Assembly (NCBI GenBank): GCA_046758365.1
Contig: JBHIAC010000014.1
Span: forward strand, 1-38,544
Length of the DNA stretch: 38,544 nucleotides
Source of the DNA: a bacterium
GTDB lineage: Bacteria > Zhuqueibacterota > Zhuqueibacteria > Oceanimicrobiales > Oceanimicrobiaceae
Direction: 5' to 3'
Shown here: in pieces, positions 18,016-27,770 of the stretch
Layout: the number at the start of each line of letters is the position of its first letter
Position numbering within the stretch: position 1 is the first letter of the stretch
Translations under genes and position numbers: made by a program
Notes under the pieces: model-generated
Told to the model about the DNA's origin: nothing
Databases searched by the model: none
What the model saw: the letters and a program-made list of their open reading frames with translations, nothing else

Positions 18016-19563
18016 ATGAAAGTTCATCCTGAAGAATATATTCTTATCCTAGATTTTGGCTCCCAATATACTCAGCTCATTACACGTAGAGTCCGGGAAT
18101 TAGGCGTTTATTCTGAAATTAAACCCTTCAATTTTCCCTATAAGGAGATTGAAAAGATAAAACCTAAAGGAATTATTTTTTCCGGAGGCCCTGCATCCGT
18201 CTATGACTCATTTGCACCAATGCCAGATGTTGAACTTTTTGACCTCCAAATCCCAATTTTAGGTATATGCTATGGATTACAATTAATCATTCATTTTAAA
18301 GGAGGAAGGGTAGCTGAAGCGACAAAACGTGAATATGGCTTCGCTGAACTTAAAATTGAGAATCCTAATGGCCTTTTCAAAAGTATTAGCCAAAATTCTC
18401 AAGTTTGGATGAGTCATGGCGATTCTGTGACGAAATTGCCGGATGGTTTTGAAACCATTGCTCACACATCCTACTCTCCTTTTGCAGCGGTGGCTCAAAA
18501 AACCAATAAAATTTACGGGCTTCAATTCCACCCGGAAGTTGCGCACACTATTGAGGGTAAACAGATTCTTAAGAATTTCTTGTTTGAAATTTGTGATTGC
18601 AAAGGTTTGTGGACTCCAGAATCGTTTGTAAAAAATACTATGGAAGAAATTCGAGGTGAAATTGGTACTGGCAAAGCTATATGTGCTTTAAGTGGTGGAG
18701 TCGATTCCACAGTAGCTGCTGCCTTGGTCTATAAAGCAATAGGGAATCAATTAACCTGCATTTTTGTGGACACGGGCCTCATGCGAAAAAATGAAACTTC
18801 ACAAGTTGAAGAAACATTTAAAATTTATTTCAAAACCAATTTTAAAGCAGTAAACGCCTCCCAGCAATTTCTAAAAAGATTAGCTGGGGTGACAAATCCT
18901 GAACAGAAGCGGAAGATAATAGGAAATACATTTATTGAGATATTTGACGAGCAAGCAGATAAAATACCTGGTGTTGAGTATCTAGTGCAAGGAACCCTTT
19001 ACCCGGACGTTATTGAGAGCACATCTACTCAGGGACCTTCGGCCACCATTAAAACTCATCACAACGTGGGTGGACTTCCTGAAACCATGAATCTACAATT
19101 GATTGAACCCCTTCGAGAGTTGTTTAAAGATGAAGTACGCAAAGTAGGGTTAGAATTAGCTCTACCCAAGGAAATTTTAAATCGACATCCGTTTCCTGGT
19201 CCGGGTTTAGCTGTGAGAATTTTGGGAGAAGTAACTAAAGAACGGTTGGAAATTTTAAAAGAAGTGGACTATATTTTTATTGAAGAGCTTAGAAAGAAAA
19301 ATTGGTATCATAAAATTTGGCAAGCTTTTGCTGTATTACTCCCGGTTAAGACCGTTGGGGTCATGGGAGATCAGCGAACTTATGAAAATGTAGTTGGTCT
19401 CCGAGCGGTCACCAGCTTAGATGGCATGACCGCCGATTGGACTCGCATTCCGTACGATTTATTAGCCACGATTTCCAACCGAATTATTAATGAGATTCGC
19501 GGGGTAAATCGTGTAGTTTACGACATCAGCTCTAAACCGCCAAGTACGATTGAATGGGAATAG
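18016..19563 (+). CDS. guaA: GMP synthase (glutamine-hydrolysing)
   Basis: [30 protein letters not shown] and KPPSTIEWE motifs. Confidence 0.98.
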   Translation: MKVHPEEYILILDFGSQYTQLITRRVRELGVYSEIKPFNFPYKEIEKIKPKGIIFSGGPASVYDSFAPMPDVELFDLQIPILGICYGLQLIIHFKGGRVAEATKREYGFAELKIENPNGLFKSISQNSQVWMSHGDSVTKLPDGFETIAHTSYSPFAAVAQKTNKIYGLQFHPEVAHTIEGKQILKNFLFEICDCKGLWTPESFVKNTMEEIRGEIGTGKAICALSGGVDSTVAAALVYKAIGNQLTCIFVDTGLMRKNETSQVEETFKIYFKTNFKAVNASQQFLKRLAGVTNPEQKRKIIGNTFIEIFDEQADKIPGVEYLVQGTLYPDVIESTSTQGPSATIKTHHNVGGLPETMNLQLIEPLRELFKDEVRKVGLELALPKEILNRHPFPGPGLAVRILGEVTKERLEILKEVDYIFIEELRKKNWYHKIWQAFAVLLPVKTVGVMGDQRTYENVVGLRAVTSLDGMTADWTRIPYDLLATISNRIINEIRGVNRVVYDISSKPPSTIEWE

Positions 19564-19566
19564 TTC

Positions 19567-19763
19567 ACTGTAATCCCTCAGTTATTGGGGGGAGGACTTC
19601 ATTACATTAGGATCATTCAGTATATTTATGCTGAATGCAAGATTATAGAGGATATTTACCCCTTTATTCGGATTAACGAGGGGGACAAATGTCCTCTATT
19701 ATTTCATGTTCAGGATGAATATCCAGAACAATCAGTGTCTACCTGTCACTGAGGCATCACAGT
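19567..19763. ncRNA. Candidate structured RNA or element (closing stem plus three hairpins), unassigned
   Basis: 14/16-bp closing stem 19567-19582 with 19748-19763, enclosing hairpins 19614-19637, 19645-19699 and 19707-19730. Confidence 0.45.
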
Positions 19764-19779
19764 TCTTTAAGATTTTCAC

Positions 19780-19808
19780 TTGATTTTTAAGAATTTTATT
19801 TTTACTTT
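19780..19808 (+). promoter_or_regulatory. Sigma70-type promoter for glmS
   Basis: TTGATT-N17-TACTTT. Confidence 0.45.
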
Positions 19809-19989
19809 TGCTTTGTTTCACCACCATGGATTCTATTTTTGAAATAAAAGGAGATAAGATCCATTCGTTTAAATAAATATCTTTTCCTGCAATTTGTAAA
19901 CTTTGATCCTATCTTAATGGCAATAATCATTTCCTTAATTAAATATTCAATTCATGTCAACTTTGAACCTGCATCTAAGGAGAGATATT

Positions 19990-21822
19990 ATGTGTGGCAT
20001 AGTAGGGTACATTGGTAACAAGGAAGCCGTTCCAGTTCTGATCGAAGGGTTGAAGCGATTAGAATATCGAGGTTATGATTCAGCCGGGATTGCAGTTATT
20101 GGAAATAACGAAATTTTAGTTGAAAAACAATCTGGTAAAATTTCAGAATTAGAACAGATTATATCTGATAAAGAGCTTTTTAGTAAAACCGGTATTGCCC
20201 ATACCCGTTGGGCCACACACGGGCATCCCACTAGAGAAAACGCGCATCCCCATACTGATTGTACAGGAACTCTTGCATTAATCCACAATGGTATTATCGA
20301 GAATTATTCAATCATCAAAACCAAACTTCAAGCCAACGGACATAAATTTGTTACAGAAACGGACACAGAGTCCTTGATACATTTAATAGAAGAATTTTAT
20401 AATAATGGCAGCAATTTTGAAGAAGCGGTTCGAGCCGCATTAAGCCAAGTAGAAGGAACTTATGGAATTGCTGTATTATCTAGCCGCGATCCAGATACTT
20501 TAATTGCTGCAAGAAGAGGTAGTCCTTTGGTTATTGGAATGGGAGATGATGAATTTGTTGTAGCGTCCGATGTATCCGCTATTATTAGCCATACTAAAGA
20601 TGTAACTTATTTGGATGATAATGAATTAGCTATTGTAAATCGCGGAAAGGTCACAATCAAAACCATTGATAATCTGGAGGTTAATAAAAAGGTCGAAAAG
20701 ATATTTTTTGATTTGGATAAGATTGAAAAAGGTGGCTATGACCACTTCATGCTCAAAGAGATTATGGAGCAGCCACAAACTATAGAAGATGCCATGCGGG
20801 GGCGTCTTCTATCAGAAGAAGGAACAGCTCGTTTAGGAGGGGTACGTCATGAAATAGATTCCCTTCTTTACGCACCTGAAATTTTATTCTCGGCATGTGG
20901 GACGAGTTGGCATGCGGCTCTTATTGGTGAATACATGATCGAAGAGTTTGTACGTACCACGGTAGAAGTTGAATATGCATCAGAATTCCGATACCGCAAT
21001 CCTGTGATCGAGCGCGGTTCAGTTTTGTTTGTTATCAGCCAATCTGGAGAAACGGCAGATACTTTAGCTGCTTTAACAGAGGCCAAACGCAAGGGGGCTA
21101 AGGTTTTGGGAATTTGTAATGTTGTGGGTTCAACCATTGCCCGGGAGAGTGATGCGGGGGTCTATTTACATGCGGGGCCTGAAATTGGTGTGGCTTCAAC
21201 CAAAGCCTTTACTTCACAGGTTACCGTGTTAGCTCTTTTAACGCTTCTGATGGCTAGAATGCGCACATTGGGGGCCTCCAAAGGCGTGGAAATTGTCAAT
21301 GAAATGAAAGCACTTCCTGAAAAAGTAGCTAAAATTCTTGAGAACCGTGAACCTATTATCGAAATAGCAAAAGAGTTTCACAAGAGTCAAAATTTCCTTT
21401 ATCTTGGTAGAGGATATAATTTCCCAGTGGCTTTAGAAGGGGCTTTAAAACTAAAAGAAATTTCATACATCCATGCCGAAGGCTATCCGGCCGCTGAAAT
21501 GAAACACGGACCTATCGCTCTCATCGACGAAAATATGCCCGTGGTATTCATTGCGACAAAAGATTCAACCTATGAAAAAATTATTAACAATATCGAAGAA
21601 GTTAGGGCCAGAAAAGGACGCATCATTATATTAGCTACAGAAGGAGATGAGTCAATTAATAAACTTGCCGATCATGTCATTTATGTACCGCCAACTCTTG
21701 AGTTTTTAACACCAATTTTAACCATTATACCACTTCAACTGTTAGCTTATCACATTGCGATTTTACGCGGTTGCGATGTAGACCAACCACGTAATTTAGC
21801 TAAAAGCGTTACTGTGGAATAA
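19990..21822 (+). CDS. glmS: Glutamine--fructose-6-phosphate transaminase
   Basis: N-terminal MCGIVGY (catalytic Cys fixes the start at 19990) and C-terminal PRNLAKSVTVE. Confidence 0.98.
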   Translation: MCGIVGYIGNKEAVPVLIEGLKRLEYRGYDSAGIAVIGNNEILVEKQSGKISELEQIISDKELFSKTGIAHTRWATHGHPTRENAHPHTDCTGTLALIHNGIIENYSIIKTKLQANGHKFVTETDTESLIHLIEEFYNNGSNFEEAVRAALSQVEGTYGIAVLSSRDPDTLIAARRGSPLVIGMGDDEFVVASDVSAIISHTKDVTYLDDNELAIVNRGKVTIKTIDNLEVNKKVEKIFFDLDKIEKGGYDHFMLKEIMEQPQTIEDAMRGRLLSEEGTARLGGVRHEIDSLLYAPEILFSACGTSWHAALIGEYMIEEFVRTTVEVEYASEFRYRNPVIERGSVLFVISQSGETADTLAALTEAKRKGAKVLGICNVVGSTIARESDAGVYLHAGPEIGVASTKAFTSQVTVLALLTLLMARMRTLGASKGVEIVNEMKALPEKVAKILENREPIIEIAKEFHKSQNFLYLGRGYNFPVALEGALKLKEISYIHAEGYPAAEMKHGPIALIDENMPVVFIATKDSTYEKIINNIEEVRARKGRIIILATEGDESINKLADHVIYVPPTLEFLTPILTIIPLQLLAYHIAILRGCDVDQPRNLAKSVTVE

Positions 21823-21835
21823 GGACAAATAAATT

Positions 21836-23668
21836 ATGGATGAAAAAAATAGCTTGAAATTAATTACCGGAATTAGTCTTATTATAATTTTTAACAGCAT
21901 TACGCTTCGTGCGAATGCACAAAAATCGGTGGCAGTAAAAATGGTACCGGTAATAGAGTCTAAATTTAAAGAGGCTCTTTCAGAATATCAATCGAAGCAT
22001 TATAAATTAGCTTTTAACAAATTTAATGCTTTATCAAATTCTCATCTACTTCACCAGCGCATGACGGCTTCGCTTTTAATGACAGGTAAGAGTCTTTACA
22101 AATTAGGTCGTTTTAGCGATGCATTTCCTTATTTTGAAAAGTTAATCAATTATTTTCCTAAAAGTAGATATGTGGACGATGCTTATTATGCGAAAGCAAC
22201 GTGTTATTTTCGCCTGAACCAATACTTCAAATCTGTCCAAGATTTATTTTGGGTCACGGATTGGAGTTCAGAAAAAATCTTGGTCAATAAAAGCAAGAAG
22301 TTGGCAAACTTTATTATGCACTCTAATCTAAGTTTAAAAGAACTACAAAATCTTTTGTCCTATGCTAATGGTGAAAATTCGTCTGCTTTATTGACTCTGC
22401 AGCTATCTAGAAAAGAACTCTTAGTGGGTTCATCGAATAGGGCCGTTTCTCTTTTAAAAGATTATAAAAAGAAATTTGGTTCAAATGTATATTCACCTAA
22501 AATTGACCAGCTTTTGAGAGAAGCCGAAGGGCTCAATGCCCGTCCAATCAAAGTGGGAGTGGTTCTACCATTGACAGGTTATTATGCTCAAGAAGGCTTA
22601 GGTGTTTTAAGAGGAATTAAATATATTCAAATGCAGGATAAGAATAATTTTAGGGCACCTATTCAATTGGTAGTGCGGGATTCAGAAAGCAATTTAATAA
22701 AGGCTATAAAGGAAATCAAAAATTTGATAAAAGAAGAGAATGTTCGTGTGGTCATTGGTGAATTAGAGAGTGAAGTCACTGCTGGAATTGGGGCATTGGC
22801 GTCTTCAGATCAAATACCCGTGCTTGGGCCTGCCTCAACCGAAAACGATGTGGCTTCCGTAGGGGAAGCGGTATTCCAATTAAACAGCGATCTTGAACAG
22901 AAGGGTGCGGCCTTGGCAGATTATGCTTTTAAAAAACTTGGTCTAAGAACCTTTGCGACTCTGGCGCCAGCCGATGAGTACGGCCAGCAAATGACTGCCA
23001 GTTTTACTTCCAAAATTGATGAACTGGGAGGGCGAATCATTGCACAAAGTTGGTATTATGGAAGTCCACAAGATTTAAGTAGGCAGTTTAAATCTATTCG
23101 GGAGGCTGCATTTCATTTTGATTCCACCGATGTGGAACAGATCCTCAAAATGGCAAAGGAGGAGGGTGAAGAACTTGAGGAACATGATATTCCTGTTGAG
23201 TCTATTGATGGAATCTTTTTTCCAGTGTACTCCGATGACATAAAATACGTTGCTCCACAATTTGCTTTAGCCAATATTCAAGCACAAATTTTGGGTGGAG
23301 AATATTGGGACAAACTTGAGGTTTTAAAAGAAGCCCAGATCAAACGTTACATCAATGGCGCCATTTTTGTCAGCGACTATTTCCCTGATGAGGAAAGTCG
23401 AGAATTTAGAAACTTTCGCTCTGATTTTAGACTTAAAATGAGAAAATCACCTGAAAGATGGGAAGTATTTGGTTGCGATGCCTTGGGTGTCATAAAGGAT
23501 GTAATTAACCAAGGGGCCAAAACTAGTCTGGAAATTACACAAAAATTAAACTCTTTATCTGGGTATAATGGTATTAAAGGAAAGATTTCATTTAAGGATA
23601 ATCATCGAGTTAACAAAGAGGTGAATTTTTTACAATTTATCAATGGTAGAATAGTTAAAAATCAATAA
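21836..23668 (+). CDS. TPR plus type 1 periplasmic-binding-fold protein (LpoA/ABC substrate-binding-like)
   Basis: Signal peptide, TPR (FPKSRYVDDAYY) and IKVGVVLPLTG...VRDSES domain. Confidence 0.75.
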   Translation: MDEKNSLKLITGISLIIIFNSITLRANAQKSVAVKMVPVIESKFKEALSEYQSKHYKLAFNKFNALSNSHLLHQRMTASLLMTGKSLYKLGRFSDAFPYFEKLINYFPKSRYVDDAYYAKATCYFRLNQYFKSVQDLFWVTDWSSEKILVNKSKKLANFIMHSNLSLKELQNLLSYANGENSSALLTLQLSRKELLVGSSNRAVSLLKDYKKKFGSNVYSPKIDQLLREAEGLNARPIKVGVVLPLTGYYAQEGLGVLRGIKYIQMQDKNNFRAPIQLVVRDSESNLIKAIKEIKNLIKEENVRVVIGELESEVTAGIGALASSDQIPVLGPASTENDVASVGEAVFQLNSDLEQKGAALADYAFKKLGLRTFATLAPADEYGQQMTASFTSKIDELGGRIIAQSWYYGSPQDLSRQFKSIREAAFHFDSTDVEQILKMAKEEGEELEEHDIPVESIDGIFFPVYSDDIKYVAPQFALANIQAQILGGEYWDKLEVLKEAQIKRYINGAIFVSDYFPDEESREFRNFRSDFRLKMRKSPERWEVFGCDALGVIKDVINQGAKTSLEITQKLNSLSGYNGIKGKISFKDNHRVNKEVNFLQFINGRIVKNQ

Positions 23669-23722
23669 ACGTATTAAATATTTCTTGAATAATTAAGTTA
23701 AACACCGTTGGAGGTGAGTTAA

Positions 23723-24034
23723 ATGGAAAGTCAAAGTATCTTAAAAAAAACCATGCTAGCCAGTTTGGGAATTTATTCATTAACTAAAGAGAAAGCCCAA
23801 GATATTATGAATGATTTAGTGAAAAGAGGAGAACTTTCTGAAGATGAGGGCCCCAAATTCGTAAAAGCCATTATGGACAGAGCCGATGAAGAAGTGACTC
23901 ATTTGAAAAAATTGGTGGAGAAACAAGTCAATCAAACCATTTCAAAAATCAAACCTTCTTATGAAGAGGAGTTTAAAAAATTGCACCAGAAAATTGACAG
24001 ATTAACCAAGGAAGTGGAAAAGCTAACTAAATAA
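23723..24034 (+). CDS. Phasin-like / PHA-granule-associated coiled-coil protein
   Basis: LKKTMLASLG..TKEKAQ..LVKRGELSEDEG pattern. RBS GGAGGTG. Confidence 0.75.
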   Translation: MESQSILKKTMLASLGIYSLTKEKAQDIMNDLVKRGELSEDEGPKFVKAIMDRADEEVTHLKKLVEKQVNQTISKIKPSYEEEFKKLHQKIDRLTKEVEKLTK

Positions 24035-24097
24035 ATGGAATAAAGTTTAGTCTCAATAATATCAATTCTAAATTGAATAGGAGATGATAATTATTAC

Positions 24098-24205
24098 AGA
24101 CTTCTGCAAAATTAATTTAAAGCATGCTCAAAATGGGTGTACAGGCTTCAGCCTGCCTATGACAATCTCAACCTAAAGGTTGTACACCCTATTTTGCAGA
24201 AGTCT
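24098..24205. mobile_element. 108-bp MITE-like element containing an inverted REP-like pair
   Basis: Perfect 15-bp TIR AGACTTCTGCAAAAT. Inner GGGTGTACA/TGTACACCC with hairpins CAGGC-TTCA-GCCTG and CAACC-TAAA-GGTTG. Confidence 0.75.
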
Positions 24206-24231
24206 ATCATTATTAAAAATAGGAGGTTCAA

Positions 24232-24738
24232 ATGAGGAAATTTCTGGTGGTGAATTTTGCTATTGTACTGGTATTGAGTATTACTTTCAGTAATTCAAAA
24301 GCACAAGGCCTTGGTTTCAAAGGTGTTGGTGGGCGTTTAAGTTTTGTGGATCCAGAAAGTCCTATCGGCAGTACCATTGGTTTTGGTGGGCATGTGCATC
24401 TTGGAGAAATTATTACAAACCTTGCACTTTATCCGAGTCTTGAATATTGGAGCAAATCAGATGTAAGCTCTTTTGTAATAAATGGTAATGTAAGATACTA
24501 TTTCCCTACCTCTGGAAATATTGATTTATTTGGGGGTGGCGGATTGGCAATTTCATTTGTTAACATAGAGACAGCATCTGGTGACAATAATACCACAGAT
24601 ATAGGTCTAAATTTATTGGGTGGTGCTGACTTTCCGATAGGAGAAAATCTGGTGGCTACCGCTAAATTGACTTTTTTGATTAGCGACATCGATGTGCTTA
24701 AAATCACCGGTGGTATCACCTATCTATTAAGAAAATAA
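24232..24738 (+). CDS. Small outer-membrane beta-barrel protein
   Basis: Signal peptide, alternating amphipathic Gly-rich strands and a C-terminal GGITYL. Confidence 0.8.
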   Translation: MRKFLVVNFAIVLVLSITFSNSKAQGLGFKGVGGRLSFVDPESPIGSTIGFGGHVHLGEIITNLALYPSLEYWSKSDVSSFVINGNVRYYFPTSGNIDLFGGGGLAISFVNIETASGDNNTTDIGLNLLGGADFPIGENLVATAKLTFLISDIDVLKITGGITYLLRK

Positions 24739-24779
24739 AAAGCTTCCATTTTTAAATATATCCATTTACTTATTTATGC

Positions 24780-24810
24780 AGGCTTTGACTCTGGTCAAAG
24801 CCTTTTTTTT
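24780..24810 (+). terminator. Intrinsic terminator
   Basis: AGGCTTTGAC-TCTG-GTCAAAGCCT followed by a T run. Confidence 0.85.
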
Positions 24811-24919
24811 AACTATTTTTCGAAAGGAGAGTAAAATTATGAAAGAAATTATTAAAACCATCCTTTTTTATATAAATTAACTGAAACTTGAAAATATGCC
24901 ATGCACCTTCAAGATGCGG

Positions 24920-25075
24920 AATGTGCGATGCACCTCGCAGGTGCTTCGCACGTGTACAACTCGTTTTTGTCTCCTATTTTTCCCTTGCAATATTAAAAGA
25001 AATGGGTTATATTGATTCCGAATTTTTGACTTCTGAAAGTAAATGTGCGACGCACCTCGCAGGTGCTTCGCACGT
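24920..25075. repeat. Two direct copies of a 34-bp REP-like palindrome (24920-24953, 25042-25075)
   Basis: AATGTGCGAYGCACCTCGCAGGTGCTTCGCACGT, with a single difference between copies. Confidence 0.85.
24985..25013 (+). promoter_or_regulatory. Sigma70-type promoter for uppP
   Basis: TTGCAA-N17-TATATT between the two REP copies. Confidence 0.55.
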
Positions 25076-25095
25076 TATTGCTAAAGGAGAATTTA

Positions 25096-25926
25096 TTGAC
25101 CATTTGGGAAGCGGTATTACTGGGCATCATCCAGGGATTAACAGAGTTTTTACCGATCAGCAGTTCCGGCCATCTTGTTCTCGCAAAATATTTATTAGGA
25201 ATCGAAATTACTGACATTGCGTTTGAGGTATTTGTTCATTTGGGTACTTTACTGGCCGTTCTAACCTTTTTTAAACATGATGTAATAGTGCTGCTGAAGA
25301 GCTTGAGATTGCTAATTTCATTTAGATTAAACTCTAAAATATTAAAGGGAAATAATGAAGATTTGGATGGATTACGGCTGTTGGGGTATTTAATAGTAGC
25401 GACCTTACCCGCGGCAACTTTAGGCTACCTATTTGAAGATAAGTTTAAACAAGCTTTTTCTTTTCCTGAATTCACTTGCGGAGCTTTAATTTTCACAGGG
25501 CTAATTTTGATTGCTTCAAAATTCGCAATAGAAAAACAGCCAAAATTTAATTTGACAAAATCACTTTTGGTAGGTTTAACGCAAGTGGCAGCCATTCTCC
25601 CGGGCATATCACGTTCAGGCACAACGATAAGCACAGGTTTGCTTCTCGGCGTCCAACGAGTAGAGTCAGCAAGATTTTCATTTCTCCTGGCTGTTCCTTT
25701 AATTATTGGGGCTTCCCTGATGCAGGGTTTCGAGTTGATTTCGCATTTTCATTCAGGAGAAGAGTTCGTCACGATTGTGGTTGGAACCATTACTGCTTAT
25801 CTCTCTGGACTTTTGGCCATAAGATGGTTGATGGGTGTAATTCAGCATGGAAGATTCGACCGATTTGCTTATTATTGTTTTAGCATAGGAATTATAGGTT
25901 TAATTTATTTTGGGTTCAATAATTGA
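25096..25926 (+). CDS. uppP: Undecaprenyl-diphosphate phosphatase
   Basis: QGLTEFLPISSSGH and PGISRSGTT motifs. TTG start after RBS AAAGGAG. Confidence 0.95.
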   Translation: MTIWEAVLLGIIQGLTEFLPISSSGHLVLAKYLLGIEITDIAFEVFVHLGTLLAVLTFFKHDVIVLLKSLRLLISFRLNSKILKGNNEDLDGLRLLGYLIVATLPAATLGYLFEDKFKQAFSFPEFTCGALIFTGLILIASKFAIEKQPKFNLTKSLLVGLTQVAAILPGISRSGTTISTGLLLGVQRVESARFSFLLAVPLIIGASLMQGFELISHFHSGEEFVTIVVGTITAYLSGLLAIRWLMGVIQHGRFDRFAYYCFSIGIIGLIYFGFNN

Positions 25927-26147
25927 CCAAAGGTATTTTATTCCACTGAGTAGTTAACGCATTCGTATGGGTCAGAAATTGGCTTTTATCGGTTGGCGGT
26001 ATCTGTTCGTTGGGTTTTATTAGGATTTGTGAACTCTTGTCTTAATCTTATATGCGGCTTCGTCGCTCTAAGGTTTAGTATCATTCTTGAGTTGTTGTTA
26101 AATAAGCACTTGATTCGATTTTTGTAAATAGCTTTCAAGGGAGGAAA

Positions 26148-27617
26148 ATGAGGCAGACGGAAATTTTTAGCTCAAGATGGGCCCTTATTCTCGCGGCCCT
26201 TGGCATGGCCATCGGCACCGGGAATATTTGGAGATTTCCAAGAATTGCAGCACAGAACGGTGGCGGTTCATTTCTCATCCCCTGGATCATTTTTCTTTTT
26301 CTTTGGTCTATCCCACTCTTAATTGTCGAATTTGCAATGGGCAAAGAGACAAGATTTGGAACGGTTGGTGCCTTTGGAAAACTAATTGGCAGAAAGTTTA
26401 CCTGGATGGGAGCGTTTGTAGGTTTCTGTTCAATGGCCATTATGTTTTACTACTCAGTCGTGATGGGATGGTGCGTCAAATATTTTGTATCATCCTTAAA
26501 TGGTGATGTTGGTTTATCTCAATCAAAACTGTTTTGGGATTCATTCACCTCCAGCTATCAGCCGATTTTTTTTCATTTCATGGCCATGGGTATTGGTTCA
26601 TTTGTAATATACAAAGGCGTAGTCCGGGGGATTGAAAGAGCAAATAAAATCCTTATTCCATCGCTCTTGATTCTGCTGATACTTGCTGCAATAAGAGCTT
26701 TGACTTTACCAGGCGCAGTAGATGGATTAAATTTCTTCTTTAATCCTGAGTTTGATAAACTGCTAAATTACAAAACATGGTTAGAGGCTTTATCACAATC
26801 AGCCTGGTCAACTGGGGCTGGATGGGGACTGATTTTAACTTATGCGGTCTATATGAAAAAACAGGAGGATATAGTTTTAAACTCTTTTATTGCTGGATTT
26901 GGAAACAATTCAGCATCTTTACTTGCTGGCATGGTAATATTACCAACTATTTTTGCGATTCTACCTTTTGAAGATGCAATGAATGCCGTCAATGCTGGTA
27001 ATACGGGCCTTACATTTATTTGGATTCCTCAGCTTTTTTTGCGAATGCCACTTGGTTCATTTTTTATGGTTGTATTCTTTTTAGCACTGACCTTTGCAGC
27101 CTTATCTTCTCTTATTGCTATGATTGAATTAGCCACAAGAATTTTTATGGATGCTGGATTGAACCGACATCGTGCAATACTATTTGTGAGTTTGTGTGGA
27201 TTTTTGCTTGGATTACCCTCGGCAAGAAGTTTGAACTTCTTCAATAATCAAGATTGGACCTGGGGTGTGGGATTAATAGTTAGTGGTATGTTCTTCGCTT
27301 TTGCAGTAATAAAATATGGGAATGATGATTTCCGCAGAAAACTTATAAACATTGAAGGCAATGATTTACATGCAGGAAATTGGTTTAATTTTATCATTAA
27401 ATATCTTATACCAATAGAATTTGTAGCCTTAATAGGGTGGTGGTTTTATCAAGCTATCGTCTCATACGATCCTAAAGGCTGGTGGCATCCATTTCATACG
27501 TTCAGTTTAGGGACCTGTATTTTTCAATGGGGATTAGCTATTGGCTTATTTTTACTACTTAATAATTGGCTTTATAAAAAAACTATCACAAAAGCTAACC
27601 TTTTTAAAAAAGGTTAG
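26148..27617 (+). CDS. Sodium-dependent transporter, NSS/SNF family
   Basis: AIGTGNIWRFP and GGGSFLIPW motifs, many TMs. Confidence 0.93.
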   Translation: MRQTEIFSSRWALILAALGMAIGTGNIWRFPRIAAQNGGGSFLIPWIIFLFLWSIPLLIVEFAMGKETRFGTVGAFGKLIGRKFTWMGAFVGFCSMAIMFYYSVVMGWCVKYFVSSLNGDVGLSQSKLFWDSFTSSYQPIFFHFMAMGIGSFVIYKGVVRGIERANKILIPSLLILLILAAIRALTLPGAVDGLNFFFNPEFDKLLNYKTWLEALSQSAWSTGAGWGLILTYAVYMKKQEDIVLNSFIAGFGNNSASLLAGMVILPTIFAILPFEDAMNAVNAGNTGLTFIWIPQLFLRMPLGSFFMVVFFLALTFAALSSLIAMIELATRIFMDAGLNRHRAILFVSLCGFLLGLPSARSLNFFNNQDWTWGVGLIVSGMFFAFAVIKYGNDDFRRKLINIEGNDLHAGNWFNFIIKYLIPIEFVALIGWWFYQAIVSYDPKGWWHPFHTFSLGTCIFQWGLAIGLFLLLNNWLYKKTITKANLFKKG

Positions 27618-27656
27618 CTTTTAAGGGTTAGCATTTAAAAAATGAGGAAAATTGCT

Positions 27657-27770
27657 ATGACTCCAACCGCTGTGTTTATGATGATGGTAATTCTTGCCCT
27701 TGTTTGGGGTGGATTCATCTTCACGCTGAGAATGGCAGTAAAAAAAGAATCTCAAAAAATAAAAAAATGA
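27657..27770 (+). CDS. MetS-like NSS transporter small subunit (37 aa, missed by the ORF track)
   Basis: MTPTAVFMMMVILALVWGGFIFTLRMAVKKESQKIKK with the VWGG motif. RBS GAGG and ATGA overlap with holA. Confidence 0.8.
   Translation: MTPTAVFMMMVILALVWGGFIFTLRMAVKKESQKIKK

Noticed and set aside
19564..19989. glmS ribozyme upstream of glmS
   Set aside because: The conserved core (AGCGCC...GACGAGG...ATCGA) is not present. Only a chance AACGAGG occurs, inside a hairpin.
24920..25075. Mini CRISPR array
   Set aside because: Only two repeats, an 88-bp gap containing a promoter, and no cas genes. It fits REP better.
24888..25217. ORFs 24888-25214 (+) and 24993-25217 (-)
   Set aside because: They translate REP palindromes and overlap uppP, with no protein-like features.
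27612..27638. Tandem GGTTAGCWTTTAA repeat
   Set aside because: A single short duplication at a stop codon, with no evidence of function.
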